Below, piece by piece: positions 10,173 through 20,443 of a stretch of DNA of 29,905 nt. The notes under the pieces were generated by a model, which did no database searches, had not been told where the DNA came from, and saw only the letters and a list, made by a program, of their open reading frames with translations. Position 1 is the first letter of the stretch. Every line of letters starts with the position of its first letter. The stretch is from Tolypothrix carrinoi HA7290-LM1 (GTDB taxonomy: Bacteria; Cyanobacteriota; Cyanobacteriia; Cyanobacteriales; Nostocaceae), in assembly GCA_019358935.1 (NCBI GenBank), contig JAHHIK010000005.1:1-29905 (forward strand), written 5' to 3'. A program made the position numbers and the translations under genes.

Positions 10173-10237
10173 AGATCCCCGACTTCTTAAAGAAGTCGGG
10201 GATCTAACTTTTCACACTCTTATTTAGAATTACTATA
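10173..10237 (-). repeat. REP-like palindrome plus MITE-like terminal sequence
   Basis: AGATCCCCGACTTCT-TAA-AGAAGTCGGGGATCT at 10173-10205. The adjacent minus-strand TATAGTAATTCTAAATAAGAGTGTGAAAA resembles 20444-20470. Confidence 0.8.
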
Positions 10238-10258
10238 ATGACTAATAACTAATAAATA

Positions 10259-11167
10259 TTACTTTTTAGCTGTCATTAACTTTTGGTCTTTATCTTGCAT
10301 TTCTAAAAGTTCTGGTACAGTGACAAAGCTATAGCCCTGCTTTTTAAAGTAGTCAATAATTTGTGGTAAAGCTTGTACAGTTCTGGAACGATTACCACCA
10401 CCATCATGCAGTAGCACAATTCCGCCCGGTTTTGATGCCCTCGTCACATTACTTATTAATCTAGATAAAGCTGGACGGCTGTAGTCTAAAGAGTCAGCAG
10501 ACCACATGACTATTGTATATTTTTGGTTTCTGGCGTAAGCAGCCACCCCATTGTTCATCATCCCCCCAGGTGGTCGGAACAAAGTTGTTTTTACACCAGT
10601 AGTTTGATAAATCAGGTCAGATGTGCTCTCAACTTCGTAAGCCGCTACTTGTGGATTCATGGAATGATATCTGTGAGTCCAAGTATGATTAGCAATGACA
10701 TGACCTTCAGTCACAATTCGCACACCCAAATCTGGATGCTGTTTTAGCATTTGCCCAACAATAAAAAATGTGCCTTTGATGTTATTTTTTTTGAGAATAT
10801 CCAGTACTTTAGCTGTGCTTCCAGTCCACGGACCATCATCAAAGGTAAGAGCAATTACTTTCTGATTTTGACTGAGTTTTGCTTCTGCGATCGTTACCCC
10901 TTGAAAACGTTGTGGCACACTGTAAGCAAGACCCTTTGCTTTGGCTTCTTGCTGCCAAGTTCTCAGCATCGCCGATTTGAACTGCTCAATCCGCTGAGTT
11001 GTTTCTATACTAATATCTTTTTTGTTTGAATTTATACTGATTTCACTTTTTGCCTCGGAAGCTTTTGGGTTAATAGGCATCATTAAACCAAGGCTTAAAC
11101 TGCTACCTAAGGCAAGCAGAGCAATTATGATTCCTTGCGACCAAAAAAACGACTTATTGTTTTCCAC
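10259..11167 (-). CDS. Polysaccharide deacetylase (CE4/NodB family) with N-terminal membrane anchor
   Basis: ALTFDDGP, NHTWTH, FRPPGG and IVLLHDGGG motifs; GTG start. Confidence 0.95.
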   Translation of the reverse strand: MENNKSFFWSQGIIIALLALGSSLSLGLMMPINPKASEAKSEISINSNKKDISIETTQRIEQFKSAMLRTWQQEAKAKGLAYSVPQRFQGVTIAEAKLSQNQKVIALTFDDGPWTGSTAKVLDILKKNNIKGTFFIVGQMLKQHPDLGVRIVTEGHVIANHTWTHRYHSMNPQVAAYEVESTSDLIYQTTGVKTTLFRPPGGMMNNGVAAYARNQKYTIVMWSADSLDYSRPALSRLISNVTRASKPGGIVLLHDGGGNRSRTVQALPQIIDYFKKQGYSFVTVPELLEMQDKDQKLMTAKK

Positions 11168-11525
11168 GTCATAGCTCCTTCAAGGGTCGAACCATCAGTC
11201 TCGGTTCTGAGGGTACGTTATAGCACATTTTTTGTAATTATTAGATACCAACTTTTTTCTGGTAATCCTGAAGAATTAAGAATTGATTAACAGAAATATA
11301 ATAAAAATTGAGCAACTTAATTGCACAAGTTTAATTTCAGCTTAGATTATCCGGCTTGAGGCGATAGTAGCTAATAATAGCTATATGAATAACAAATCAT
11401 TTGCCTAAACATATTTGTTATTTTTTAATATGAATTTTAAGTGTCAGACAAAAAATGAAGTTAAGACTTCAGAGATAATTTATCCTTCTTTTGTCACCAG
11501 ACCAAGGCGAACAGGCTTTATTGTT

Positions 11526-11555
11526 TTCATCCTTTATCCTTTATCATTCATACTT
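11526..11555. repeat. Short STRR-type heptamer run (TCATCCT/TTATCCT)
   Basis: TTCATCCTTTATCCTTTATCATTCATACTT. Confidence 0.65.
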
Positions 11556-11714
11556 TACAAAAAATATTGTACTGCTAAACGTTATTCCTTCCTTTTTAAA
11601 AGATAGTTAAATTTTCAATTTACTCAATGTATCTTTTGCTGTTTGTTAATTACTTAAATGTAAATTAACTTAATATAGTTGATATGAAGCAAGATGCACT
11701 AAAACCCTTAAAAT

Positions 11715-11804
11715 TCCCTATTTCAAAACTCCAAATGCTTGTATAGCAAGCATTTCAACAATTTTAAATGGTAGCGTAGCTTTATTTTTGCCGCGACGTG
11801 CTAG
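11715..11804. repeat. Probable MITE remnant ending in CTAG, with an internal hairpin
   Basis: AAATGCTTG-TATAG-CAAGCATTT hairpin at 11733-11755 followed by ATGGT...TTTATTTTTGCCGCGACGTGCTAG. This resembles a dispersed Nostocales repeat end, recalled from memory and not searched. Confidence 0.4.
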
Positions 11805-12250
11805 TTCGTCAACGTGCATACAATGAAAGTAATTTACTAACTATCCTGATTTTAATCAGGGTAATTTTAAATTATGATACTTTGGCTATTAAGTATCAAT
11901 GGAGACTAAAATATTGTCTTCTTGTCTGCCACTTTTAGCTATTAGTTGATTACAGTTATTACCTTCATACTACAATTATATGTCCTTGAATATAGTATAA
12001 ATACTGAACCCAGAAAAAAATCGTTGCTTAAGCCAGTTAAAATACTGTATATTCTAGTTCCATTGAAGCATTTATTTGCAATCAAAAAGTAATATTGAAT
12101 ACGAGCAACACTGAAAGAGTTTGAATTGGAGTGTATTTTTATATACGAAACATCCAAATTAAATAATTAGTAATATCACATGATTCTCAATTTGTGTTGT
12201 AGCAACTATAGCGCTTCAGATGAGAATACAAAGCAGACCAAAAACACTTT

Positions 12251-13504
12251 CTACGCTACCCACTGATCTTGGGCAAATCGGACAGCGAAGCTAGCAAGTA
12301 GAATGGCAAAGAAACCCATAACGGAGCGTCCCCAAAAAGGATGACGAGCAAGTAGCACCCCACATGCGATCGCCAGCGATACAATACCGTAAGACAGACG
12401 ATTTAGAGAAATTGTACCTCCCGATGCCAGTAACATACCGATGCCACAAAAACCATAGACAACAGTAATTAAACTAAGTTCCCGACGTAAGCGCCATAAC
12501 AAATATATACCACCGAATATCATCACAACGTTAGTCAAAGGATCGCCGGCTAACAGCCACAAGAATAATCCTAAGCAGGCAAAGCCATAATTTACCTTAG
12601 TAGCATCCCATTTGTTGCGAAAATACCACAATAAACAAGCGCTACCGATAATAATCGCAAAAATCAGTGGATGCCAAGGGTCTTTAATGTAACCGTACTT
12701 CCAATTAGTTGTACCGACGACAATTTGCATTATCATCTTTAACCAACGCAGCCAATCAAAACCCAATGACGGACGCCATGCTTTTTGTGCGTGGAGGAAT
12801 GCTAAAGCGTCCCCCATTGTAATTTGGCAATATAAGCTCCATAGAAACAAACCACCACCAGCGGCTAAACTAGCAATGTAAGCTTTTACACCTCTGCGTT
12901 GCCACAAACTTACAAGCAAAAGCGCAGGTATCAACGCGATTCCCGTAGGACGCGCTGCCGTAGCGATCGCACCCCAAAGCGCTGTCCAACCATATTGTTG
13001 TTTATCAAAAGCTTTTAAAGTAGCTGTACTAAACAAAAGATACAGTCCTTCAGAGTAAATCACACTGCCGAATAAAGACAGCGGACACCAAGCTAGTACA
13101 GCTGTTACCCAACGCGCTTTTTGTTTGCCATGACGCTCATTCATCCAAGCGTATAATACTATCAGCGCTCCTAAAAATGCGAGATTATTTACTAATGTGC
13201 CTGCGACTTTAAAAGGTAAGCCAACACTCATGAATGCGTGACTAACTAAAGGAAACAAGGGAAAAAAAGCAACCGATGGGAGTTGTTTTCCTGGAACTGA
13301 GTAATTGTATCCGAAAGTGGCGATCGCTTCGTAAAAGATACTATCCCAAGAAAAGAAAACATCCCAGCCAAATTTAGCCGCAACTCCTCCTGGTGGAACC
13401 GGAAGTAAAGGCACAATCAATAACATGATTATGCAGATAAATATGCGGCTAGATAGCCACATAGCAACTGGAAAAAACCACTTCTTATCATGAAAATATC
13501 TCAT
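12251..13504 (-). CDS. GT-C fold mannosyltransferase, PIG-V-like, copy 1
   Basis: WDSIFY..IA..GY, AFFPLFP, YSEGLY, RPTG and QKAW motifs; many transmembrane segments. Confidence 0.88.
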   Translation of the reverse strand: MRYFHDKKWFFPVAMWLSSRIFICIIMLLIVPLLPVPPGGVAAKFGWDVFFSWDSIFYEAIATFGYNYSVPGKQLPSVAFFPLFPLVSHAFMSVGLPFKVAGTLVNNLAFLGALIVLYAWMNERHGKQKARWVTAVLAWCPLSLFGSVIYSEGLYLLFSTATLKAFDKQQYGWTALWGAIATAARPTGIALIPALLLVSLWQRRGVKAYIASLAAGGGLFLWSLYCQITMGDALAFLHAQKAWRPSLGFDWLRWLKMIMQIVVGTTNWKYGYIKDPWHPLIFAIIIGSACLLWYFRNKWDATKVNYGFACLGLFLWLLAGDPLTNVVMIFGGIYLLWRLRRELSLITVVYGFCGIGMLLASGGTISLNRLSYGIVSLAIACGVLLARHPFWGRSVMGFFAILLASFAVRFAQDQWVA

Positions 13505-14886
13505 TTTGTAAACAAATAAACATCATCGCGTTGATATTTCAACTGAAATTCTGGTTTAGTTTTGAGTTGATTTAATAAACTAGCAGCAAATTGTGGATTA
13601 CTTGCCCAACCTGGATGACGGACATCTAGCAATACATAATCAAAGATTGTTAAATCAGTTTGGGGAAAATTAGCATCAGTCAATTTGATTAATTGCCGAT
13701 GTGCTAAGTGCGAGGAAATTGGATCTGTTGTGTAAACACTTCCTTTGGTTTGAACTTGAGCGATCGCTTCTTGTCTAGCTTGCCAAGTATCCAGAGATTC
13801 CAAATATCTTGACCAAAAATAGCCAAACTTTGCTAGAGCGAAGAAAGTCACTAAAGACCACAAAATAATTGCTCGTTTGTTTTGCAACCATCCCTTCCCT
13901 GCTGCAAGGCTGGAAATTACAGCTAACAACAAAAATGGAAGTGCTGGTAAAGAATATTGATGTACCAAATCTTTTTGAGGTTGGTAGTCAGCGATTATAT
14001 TAATCGCCACACAAGGAATCGCACCGATTAAAGGTGTTATTCCTGAAAAAGAAAGTGAACATATTACAGGTGCTAGCAAGAGAACTAAATACACTAAATT
14101 ATCTAATGATAAAACTTTTCCTAATACCAATCCCGGCTTTAATACTAGATTTTGAGCAATTTCTATAACTGAATTACCTAAATAGCTAAAACGCCCGACT
14201 GCGGCTGCTTCCCTACCACTAAAAAAGGGGATAATCATTTGAGAACTAATCAAAAACCAGGCAACACCAAGGCAAAGAGCAACAATACCGCACAAGCGCC
14301 GTTTTTCAAACAAAATCAACCAAACACCCATTGCAGCTATTGTCAAAGATAAAACTGCTTTACAACTTAAAATCAAGATAATGCTGACACAAAACCATGC
14401 AGTTTTACCTTGCCGCGCAAACCATACCGCTGCTAATAAAATAGGGAGAGCGATCGCTTCTGGGTGGAAATCAAACAAATTGACATTAAACACCACTGGA
14501 TATAACAAGTACACAGCTGCCATTGCTATTGATTGCGGCTTTGTTAACTTAGCTTGACGCGCTAAATACCACGTAGGCAAAGCACCTAACGCTAAAGCAG
14601 CTGCCTGCACAGCGAATAACCAATAAACACTAGGGTAGATTTTGTACAATAAAGCCAAGGGATAAAAAATAAAAGCTGCATGATCGCCCAAAATGTGATA
14701 TCCCATGAAACTAGAAACAGCCGGTTGTCCTTGACTAATTAAGTAAACTGCTTGGTCAAAAATTCCTAAATCATAAGCGCTTGATTGAAACAAAATGTGT
14801 CGTAAGCTGCTGCACGCAAATAAAATTACGGTACTGATGCCAATCATCCAACCCACAGTACCAAACATAATTAGTTTTTTTGGCAT
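13501..14886 (-). CDS. DUF2079 family membrane protein, probable GT-C glycosyltransferase
   Basis: AYDLGIFDQ, GDH, FDFHPE and HQYS motifs; polytopic. Its stop overlaps the next gene's start as ATGA at 13501-13504. Confidence 0.88.
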   Translation of the reverse strand: MPKKLIMFGTVGWMIGISTVILFACSSLRHILFQSSAYDLGIFDQAVYLISQGQPAVSSFMGYHILGDHAAFIFYPLALLYKIYPSVYWLFAVQAAALALGALPTWYLARQAKLTKPQSIAMAAVYLLYPVVFNVNLFDFHPEAIALPILLAAVWFARQGKTAWFCVSIILILSCKAVLSLTIAAMGVWLILFEKRRLCGIVALCLGVAWFLISSQMIIPFFSGREAAAVGRFSYLGNSVIEIAQNLVLKPGLVLGKVLSLDNLVYLVLLLAPVICSLSFSGITPLIGAIPCVAINIIADYQPQKDLVHQYSLPALPFLLLAVISSLAAGKGWLQNKRAIILWSLVTFFALAKFGYFWSRYLESLDTWQARQEAIAQVQTKGSVYTTDPISSHLAHRQLIKLTDANFPQTDLTIFDYVLLDVRHPGWASNPQFAASLLNQLKTKPEFQLKYQRDDVYLFTK

Positions 14887-14931
14887 ATCACCTGTACCAA
14901 TGTAGTAAGCACGGAGAGTGCTTAAGATAAT

Positions 14932-16242
14932 TTAAGCTAACCAAAGTTCTTGGGAAAATCGTACAGCAAAGGTGGCTAAAATAATCGCAAAAAACCCCAT
15001 AATTGCATATCCCCAACGCGGATAACGAGCAAGCAATAATCCAAATGCAAACGACAGCGACACAATACCATAAGCATAGCGTTCAACAGATGCGGTAAGT
15101 CCGGTATTAAGAATTAATGCATACGAGAAAAAACCATATAGAACAGCAACCAAAGGAATTTTATTTCTAGAAAACCAAAGTAAATAAACACCACCAAAAA
15201 TAATTAATATTTTAATTAATGGTTCACTTGTAAATGGATCGTTAGGTAACTGATTGCGTGTTAATAACCAGAGCAAAATCCATAGTACATAAAATCCATA
15301 ACGCACCTTAGTAGCACTTAACTTACCGCGAAAACGCCATAAAAAATAACTGCTACCGATAATAATTATGAATAGTAAAGGATGCAATGGATCTTGAATA
15401 GAGCCATTTGCATTAGTTGAACCAACGACGATTTGCATCAACATTTTCCGCCAACCTTGCCAGTCAAATCCCACCGAAGAACGCCATCCTTTTTGTGCAT
15501 GAAGAAATGCTAAAGCGTCGCCAAATTTAATTTGACAATACAAATTGTAAAGAAGCAAACCACTACCGACAGATAAACTAGCAACATATGCTTTTAAACC
15601 TCTGCGTTCTTTCCAGGAGACAAACAAAAAAGCAGGTATGAGTGTGATTCCAGTTACTCGCGTTGCTGTTGCTAATCCACCCCAAAAAACTGTCCAAATA
15701 TATTGTCTTTTATCGAAAGCTCGCAAAGCAGATATGCTGCACAATAAAAATAATCCTTCTGCGTAAACTACAGTTCCGTAAACCGAATAAGGACACCATG
15801 CTAAAACAGCAGTTGTCCACCGTGCTGCGCTTTTACCATAACTTTCGTTTACCCAAGAATAGAGTATTATCAAAGCAGCTAAAAATGCAAAAGTATTTAT
15901 CAATGTGCCTGCCACTGCAAAAGGCAAGCCAAGATTCATAACAAGTCGGATAATTAAGGGAAATAACGGAAAAAAGGCAGTTGAATATAATGCTCCATTA
16001 TCGGTAGTTTGATATCCTGAAGTTGCAATTAAATGATACCAAATACTATCCCATGCAGTGAAAACATCCCAGCTAAATGTGGCAGCTATACCATTTGCGG
16101 GAGCGGGAAATAAAGGGGCAATTAACAACATAGTAACGGCTATGACAAATCGACTCAATAGCCACATTGCTACTACAAAAAAAATATTTTTATTTGTATA
16201 TGCTATTAGCGTGGTGATATTTTTATGAAATGAATTTGTCAT
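14932..16242 (-). CDS. GT-C fold mannosyltransferase, PIG-V-like, copy 2
   Basis: WDSIWY..IA.SGY, AFFPLFP, YAEGLF and RVTG. Clear paralogue of 12251-13504. Confidence 0.88.
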   Translation of the reverse strand: MTNSFHKNITTLIAYTNKNIFFVVAMWLLSRFVIAVTMLLIAPLFPAPANGIAATFSWDVFTAWDSIWYHLIATSGYQTTDNGALYSTAFFPLFPLIIRLVMNLGLPFAVAGTLINTFAFLAALIILYSWVNESYGKSAARWTTAVLAWCPYSVYGTVVYAEGLFLLCSISALRAFDKRQYIWTVFWGGLATATRVTGITLIPAFLFVSWKERRGLKAYVASLSVGSGLLLYNLYCQIKFGDALAFLHAQKGWRSSVGFDWQGWRKMLMQIVVGSTNANGSIQDPLHPLLFIIIIGSSYFLWRFRGKLSATKVRYGFYVLWILLWLLTRNQLPNDPFTSEPLIKILIIFGGVYLLWFSRNKIPLVAVLYGFFSYALILNTGLTASVERYAYGIVSLSFAFGLLLARYPRWGYAIMGFFAIILATFAVRFSQELWLA

Positions 16243-16267
16243 TTATTTTTCACCTTTATAATTTGAT

Positions 16268-16636
16268 TTATTTTTGCCAGACAACTAATATAACTCCACC
16301 TACGATTAAGCTTAAGCCTATTAAACGAATCGAGGGAATTGATTCTTTAAAGATGAAGTAACCCAGCAAGACTGAAAAAACATAAACCAACGATGCAGAA
16401 GGACCGGCTACACTTAAATTGACTCTAGTTAACAGAAGGATGTAAGCAACAGCACCTAAACCGTAGAAAGCTAGTCCGGTTAAAAGTTCCGGTGTTGTAA
16501 TAATGCCCAAAACTAAATTAACAGCATTACTTAAATTAACTCTGTCTAACTTCAGTGCGCCTAATTTTAAAAAAAACTGTCCTGTTACACTGGCAAGAAC
16601 AGACATCAACAGTAAAAAAAATTCTTGTAAAGTCAC
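16268..16636 (-). CDS. Small 4-TM EamA/SMR-type protein, ArnE/ArnF-like putative lipid-P-sugar flippase
   Basis: GQFFLKLG, LSVAGP, FKE and GLSLIVGGVIL; 122 aa; GTG start. Confidence 0.85.
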   Translation of the reverse strand: MTLQEFFLLLMSVLASVTGQFFLKLGALKLDRVNLSNAVNLVLGIITTPELLTGLAFYGLGAVAYILLLTRVNLSVAGPSASLVYVFSVLLGYFIFKESIPSIRLIGLSLIVGGVILVVWQK

Positions 16637-16703
16637 AAAATTTTCCTTTAAATTATTGTTAGGATAAATGCAAACTTAGTGTTTTTATATATGTTGCTTG
16701 TAA

Positions 16704-17723
16704 TTATATTGATGAATGATGAGATGGCTGAGACGCGGGTGTTGTTAATGTATGATTTACATCGCCAATTTCCTTGACGGTATAAACAGGACGACCTTTG
16801 ACTTCTTCATAAATACGACCAATGTATTCGCCTAAAATGCCAATACAAAACAATTGGACAGAACCCAAGAAGAATAGACCAATTGTAATTAATGTGAAGC
16901 CAATTAATGGAGAAGCTGGATCGAATAAGCGCCAGTACAGCACTAAGAGTATCATTAATAGAGCGATCGCTGCTGAGAGCATTCCTAAATAAGTGGCTAG
17001 TCTCAAGGGAACTTTTGACAGGGAAACTATCCCATTCACTGCTAATGCCCAAGACTTACCGAAGGTATACTTTTCTTTACCAGCAAAGCGAGGATCTCGT
17101 TCAAAATGTACAGATGTTTGACGAAAACCTACCCACGCTCTTAAACCGCGAATGTAGCGGTTGCGTTCGGGCATACCATTTAGAATATCTACCACTTGCC
17201 GATCCATCAAGCAAAAATCACCTGTATCGGGTGGTATGTCTACATCAGCTAAAATCCTGAGTATGCGATAGAAGGCATAAGCAGTCAAGCGTTTTAGCCA
17301 ACTTTCTTGTTTGCGAGACAGACGCTGGGCATAAACTACTTGATAGCCTTGTTGCCATTTTTCTATCATCGCTAAAATTAGCTCTGGGGGGTCTTGCAAA
17401 TCGGCATCCATAACGATGACAATTTTGCCTTGAACGAAGTTTAAACCCGCAGTTACAGCGATTTGATGACCGAAGTTGCGTGCAAAACTGAGGTAACGCA
17501 CGCGACCATCGCAATGGTGAAGTTCGCGAATCATATTTAAAGAGCGATCGCGACTTCCATCATCAATTAAAATTAACTCAGCCTCGCCGTCTAATTGTTC
17601 GATTAAATTACTCAGACGACGATACATCTCGGTGATGTTTTCTTCTTCGTTATAAATCGGTATAACTATAGAGTAAATTGGTTTATTCACTGTCCTGTTT
17701 GTGTTTTTACCACTGAAATGCAC
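16704..17723 (-). CDS. GT2 polyprenol-phosphate glycosyltransferase, GtrB/DPM1-like
   Basis: [40 protein letters not shown], two C-terminal TM helices and [15 protein letters not shown]. The start could be the GTG at 17690. Confidence 0.95.
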   Translation of the reverse strand: MHFSGKNTNRTVNKPIYSIVIPIYNEEENITEMYRRLSNLIEQLDGEAELILIDDGSRDRSLNMIRELHHCDGRVRYLSFARNFGHQIAVTAGLNFVQGKIVIVMDADLQDPPELILAMIEKWQQGYQVVYAQRLSRKQESWLKRLTAYAFYRILRILADVDIPPDTGDFCLMDRQVVDILNGMPERNRYIRGLRAWVGFRQTSVHFERDPRFAGKEKYTFGKSWALAVNGIVSLSKVPLRLATYLGMLSAAIALLMILLVLYWRLFDPASPLIGFTLITIGLFFLGSVQLFCIGILGEYIGRIYEEVKGRPVYTVKEIGDVNHTLTTPASQPSHHSSI

Positions 17724-17737
17724 TGCTTATTAAATAA

Positions 17738-17820
17738 TAGGAATGAGCGCTTTTCCTAAAGTCTTGTAGGGGACCCTACGTCAATTCAATGGTGACGACG
17801 AAGGAAGTGCGTAAGTCCTA
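17738..17820. repeat. Degenerate MITE-like element with a TGCGTAAGTCCTA end
   Basis: Right end TGCGTAAGTCCTA, degenerate left end TAGGAATGAGCGCT, internal GTAGGG-GA-CCCTAC. Confidence 0.5.
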
Positions 17821-17914
17821 AATAAGTCAGTATTATAAATTTTCTCAAATAAATTCATAGTTTACTTACTTTTATTCAAGCCACCTTGACTGCAAATCAT
17901 AACCTTGATTAATT

Positions 17915-18655
17915 TTATTTACTTTTCTGTGCTAAAAGCAAAATAGATACACCAAAAGGAAGGCTCAATCGATTCATTAAGTGACGTTCGCTTGCAAATA
18001 AGAGACTTAAAAACTTATTGATATGTTTCGGCGGCAAATGCAAATCGCTGTTATCAATAGAATTACTTTCAAGTTTTAAACATGAACGCAAGTAACGCAC
18101 GCCTGCAACGATAGGAAACAAAAAAAAGTTAAAATAGCTGCTGTAATGCACAGTATACCCAGCCTTTCTCACAACCTGTTGCAAATTTTTCAACACATAG
18201 CGACGTTTATGATGGTTAATTTCATCATGCTGGCTCCACAAAAACTGGTAAGCAGGAACCGTAACTAACAAAGAACCTCCAGGCTTTAATTTTGTATGCA
18301 ATGCTAAAAGTGCTGCCAAGTCATCATCAAGATGTTCCAAAACATCGAGTATGAGAATTATGTCATGCTCATTGCTAAAAGGAATTTTATCAGGCAAGCC
18401 ACCCAATTTTACCGGAATTACTTGCCGCTCATTGGCAATTTTACAAGCAATTTCATTCAACTCCATCGCTGAAAGTTGACCGTGACGGGCTAGCATTCTC
18501 AAGTTGCCACCTGTACCACAACCGACTTCGAGAATTTGGGCATTTTTCGGTAAACTTAAGTTAAGAATCGCTTGTTCTATAATCATCCGCCGACCGACAA
18601 ACCACCAATGTTTATCTTCAACGGATGCATACTGTAGGTAAAAGTCTTTGTCCAT
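17915..18655 (-). CDS. Class I SAM-dependent methyltransferase
   Basis: EDKHWWF, ILEVGCGTG, DVLEHL and VPAYQFLWSQHDE..HH.RRY. Confidence 0.93.
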   Translation of the reverse strand: MDKDFYLQYASVEDKHWWFVGRRMIIEQAILNLSLPKNAQILEVGCGTGGNLRMLARHGQLSAMELNEIACKIANERQVIPVKLGGLPDKIPFSNEHDIILILDVLEHLDDDLAALLALHTKLKPGGSLLVTVPAYQFLWSQHDEINHHKRRYVLKNLQQVVRKAGYTVHYSSYFNFFLFPIVAGVRYLRSCLKLESNSIDNSDLHLPPKHINKFLSLLFASERHLMNRLSLPFGVSILLLAQKSK

Positions 18656-18687
18656 AAGGCGTTACTTATTATTCACGATTTGACTTT

Positions 18688-18822
18688 TTAGCCTACCCAA
18701 AGTTTTTGGGCAAATCGAATATTAAAACTCGCAGATAAAATGGCGAAGAACAAGAGTGTTAGGTATCCCCAACGAGGATGGCGAGATAATAACATATCGA
18801 GAGCTACACTTAACGACACATA
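18688..18822 (-). pseudogene. C-terminal remnant of a third PIG-V-like GT-C gene
   Basis: VSLSVALDMLLSRHPRWGYLTLLFFAILSASFNIRFAQKLWVG aligns without gaps to the C-termini of both intact paralogues. Confidence 0.8.
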
Positions 18823-19074
18823 GAAAAAGTCGTTTCTCCATCCAGCTTTTATGATAAATACCTGAACTTGAGGCATTAGCTTTAGCTAGTATGTGTGAGA
18901 TTGTTTTATGCGTTCTGCTATTCCTAGTGGGAAATCTGCAATCAATGTGTAAAAATTAACACGTTTGTGATTTTTGTCAACAGCGATCGCCACCAAACAA
19001 ATATTATCTAATTGCTGCGATCGCGGTTGTCGCCGGCAATTTATAGTAAAGTTGTCTTTAAATATAAAACAATT

Positions 19075-20271
19075 ATGAAAGCGATTACTCTGCTTGGTTC
19101 CACTGGCTCTATCGGTACTCAGACTTTAGATATTGTCTCGCAGTACCCAGATCAGTTCCGGATTGTGGGATTGGCTTCTGGGCGCAATGTAGAATTGTTA
19201 GCGGCTCAAATTCGCGCCTTTCGACCAAGTATAGCAGCGATTTGCGATGAAGATAAATTACCCGCGCTCAAAGAAGCGATCGCTGACCTCGATCCCCAAC
19301 CTATTTTACTCGCAGGTGAAGCTGGAGTAATCGAAGTTGCCCGCTACGGTGAAGCCCAAACTGTTGTCACCGGTATCGTTGGTTGTGCTGGTTTGCTACC
19401 TACCATCGCTGCCATCGAAGCTGGTAAAGATATCGCTTTGGCAAACAAAGAAACTTTAATCGCTGGGGGTCCTGTAGTTCTACCCTTAGTTGAAAAACAC
19501 GGTGTAAAATTATTACCAGCAGATTCCGAGCATTCTGCTATATTTCAATGCTTGCAAGGTGTTCCCAAAGGCGGCTTGCGGCGGATTTTGCTGACTGCTT
19601 CTGGTGGCGCTTTCCGCGATTGGGATGTAGCCAAGTTAGCAGAAGTGACTGTTGCCGACGCTATCAAGCATCCGAATTGGTCGATGGGACGTAAAATTAC
19701 GGTAGATTCTGCCACTTTGATGAATAAGGGATTGGAAGTGATTGAAGCGCACTTCCTTTTTGGGATGGATTATGAAAATATTGATATTGTCATTCATCCT
19801 CAGAGTATTATTCACTCGCTGATTGAGTTGCAAGATACGTCAGTTTTAGCTCAATTAGGCTGGGCTGATATGCGCTTACCTTTATTGTATGCTTTATCTT
19901 TTCCCGATCGCATCTACACTGATTGGCAACAACTAGATTTGGTAAAAGCCGGAAATTTAACTTTCAGAGAACCAGATCACCAAAAATATCCTTGCATGAA
20001 ATTAGCTTACGCAGTGGGGAAAGCTGGTGGATCTATGCCTGCCGTATTGAATGCAGCAAATGAACAAGCTGTAGCATTATTTTTAGATGAGAAAATTGGC
20101 TTTTTAGATATTGCTAGATGTATTGAATCGGTATGCGATCGCTTTAGAGATGATAACTCTGCCAATCCTTCTTTAGATGATATTGTGGCAGCTGATAAAT
20201 GGGCTAGACAAGAAGTTTTAACCGCAACTGAAAATTTCGATGCGCGATCGCGTATCATTTCTTTACGATAA
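19075..20271 (+). CDS. dxr: 1-deoxy-D-xylulose-5-phosphate reductoisomerase
   Basis: [27 protein letters not shown] and [10 protein letters not shown]. Start moved to the ATG at 19075 (MKAITLL). Confidence 0.98.
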   Translation: MKAITLLGSTGSIGTQTLDIVSQYPDQFRIVGLASGRNVELLAAQIRAFRPSIAAICDEDKLPALKEAIADLDPQPILLAGEAGVIEVARYGEAQTVVTGIVGCAGLLPTIAAIEAGKDIALANKETLIAGGPVVLPLVEKHGVKLLPADSEHSAIFQCLQGVPKGGLRRILLTASGGAFRDWDVAKLAEVTVADAIKHPNWSMGRKITVDSATLMNKGLEVIEAHFLFGMDYENIDIVIHPQSIIHSLIELQDTSVLAQLGWADMRLPLLYALSFPDRIYTDWQQLDLVKAGNLTFREPDHQKYPCMKLAYAVGKAGGSMPAVLNAANEQAVALFLDEKIGFLDIARCIESVCDRFRDDNSANPSLDDIVAADKWARQEVLTATENFDARSRIISLR

Positions 20272-20295
20272 CCAGATTAATAGCCGACTTTCTTA

Positions 20296-20320
20296 AGCCT
20301 TCAGTATGAGGCTGAAGGCT
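20296..20320 (+). terminator. Hairpin 3' of dxr
   Basis: AGCCTTCAG-N7-CTGAAGGCT; U-tail is weak. Confidence 0.45.
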
Positions 20321-20443
20321 AACAACATATTTATGTAATAATTTCATAAAACGTTACTTTACATACCGTTTTTTGTGTCGCTTTCCGGTATATTGAGCGC
20401 AGGACAATTATACAAAAAATGCCCAGGATAAAAAGCTCGATTA

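Noticed and set aside
11235..11249. NtcA-like sites upstream of the deacetylase and at about 1576-1590 and 4017-4029
   Set aside because: Spacing is GTA-N9-TAC or GTA-N7-TAC, not N8.
19012..19074. Upstream TTG start extension of dxr
   Set aside because: Dxr homology begins at [14 protein letters not shown] (19075).
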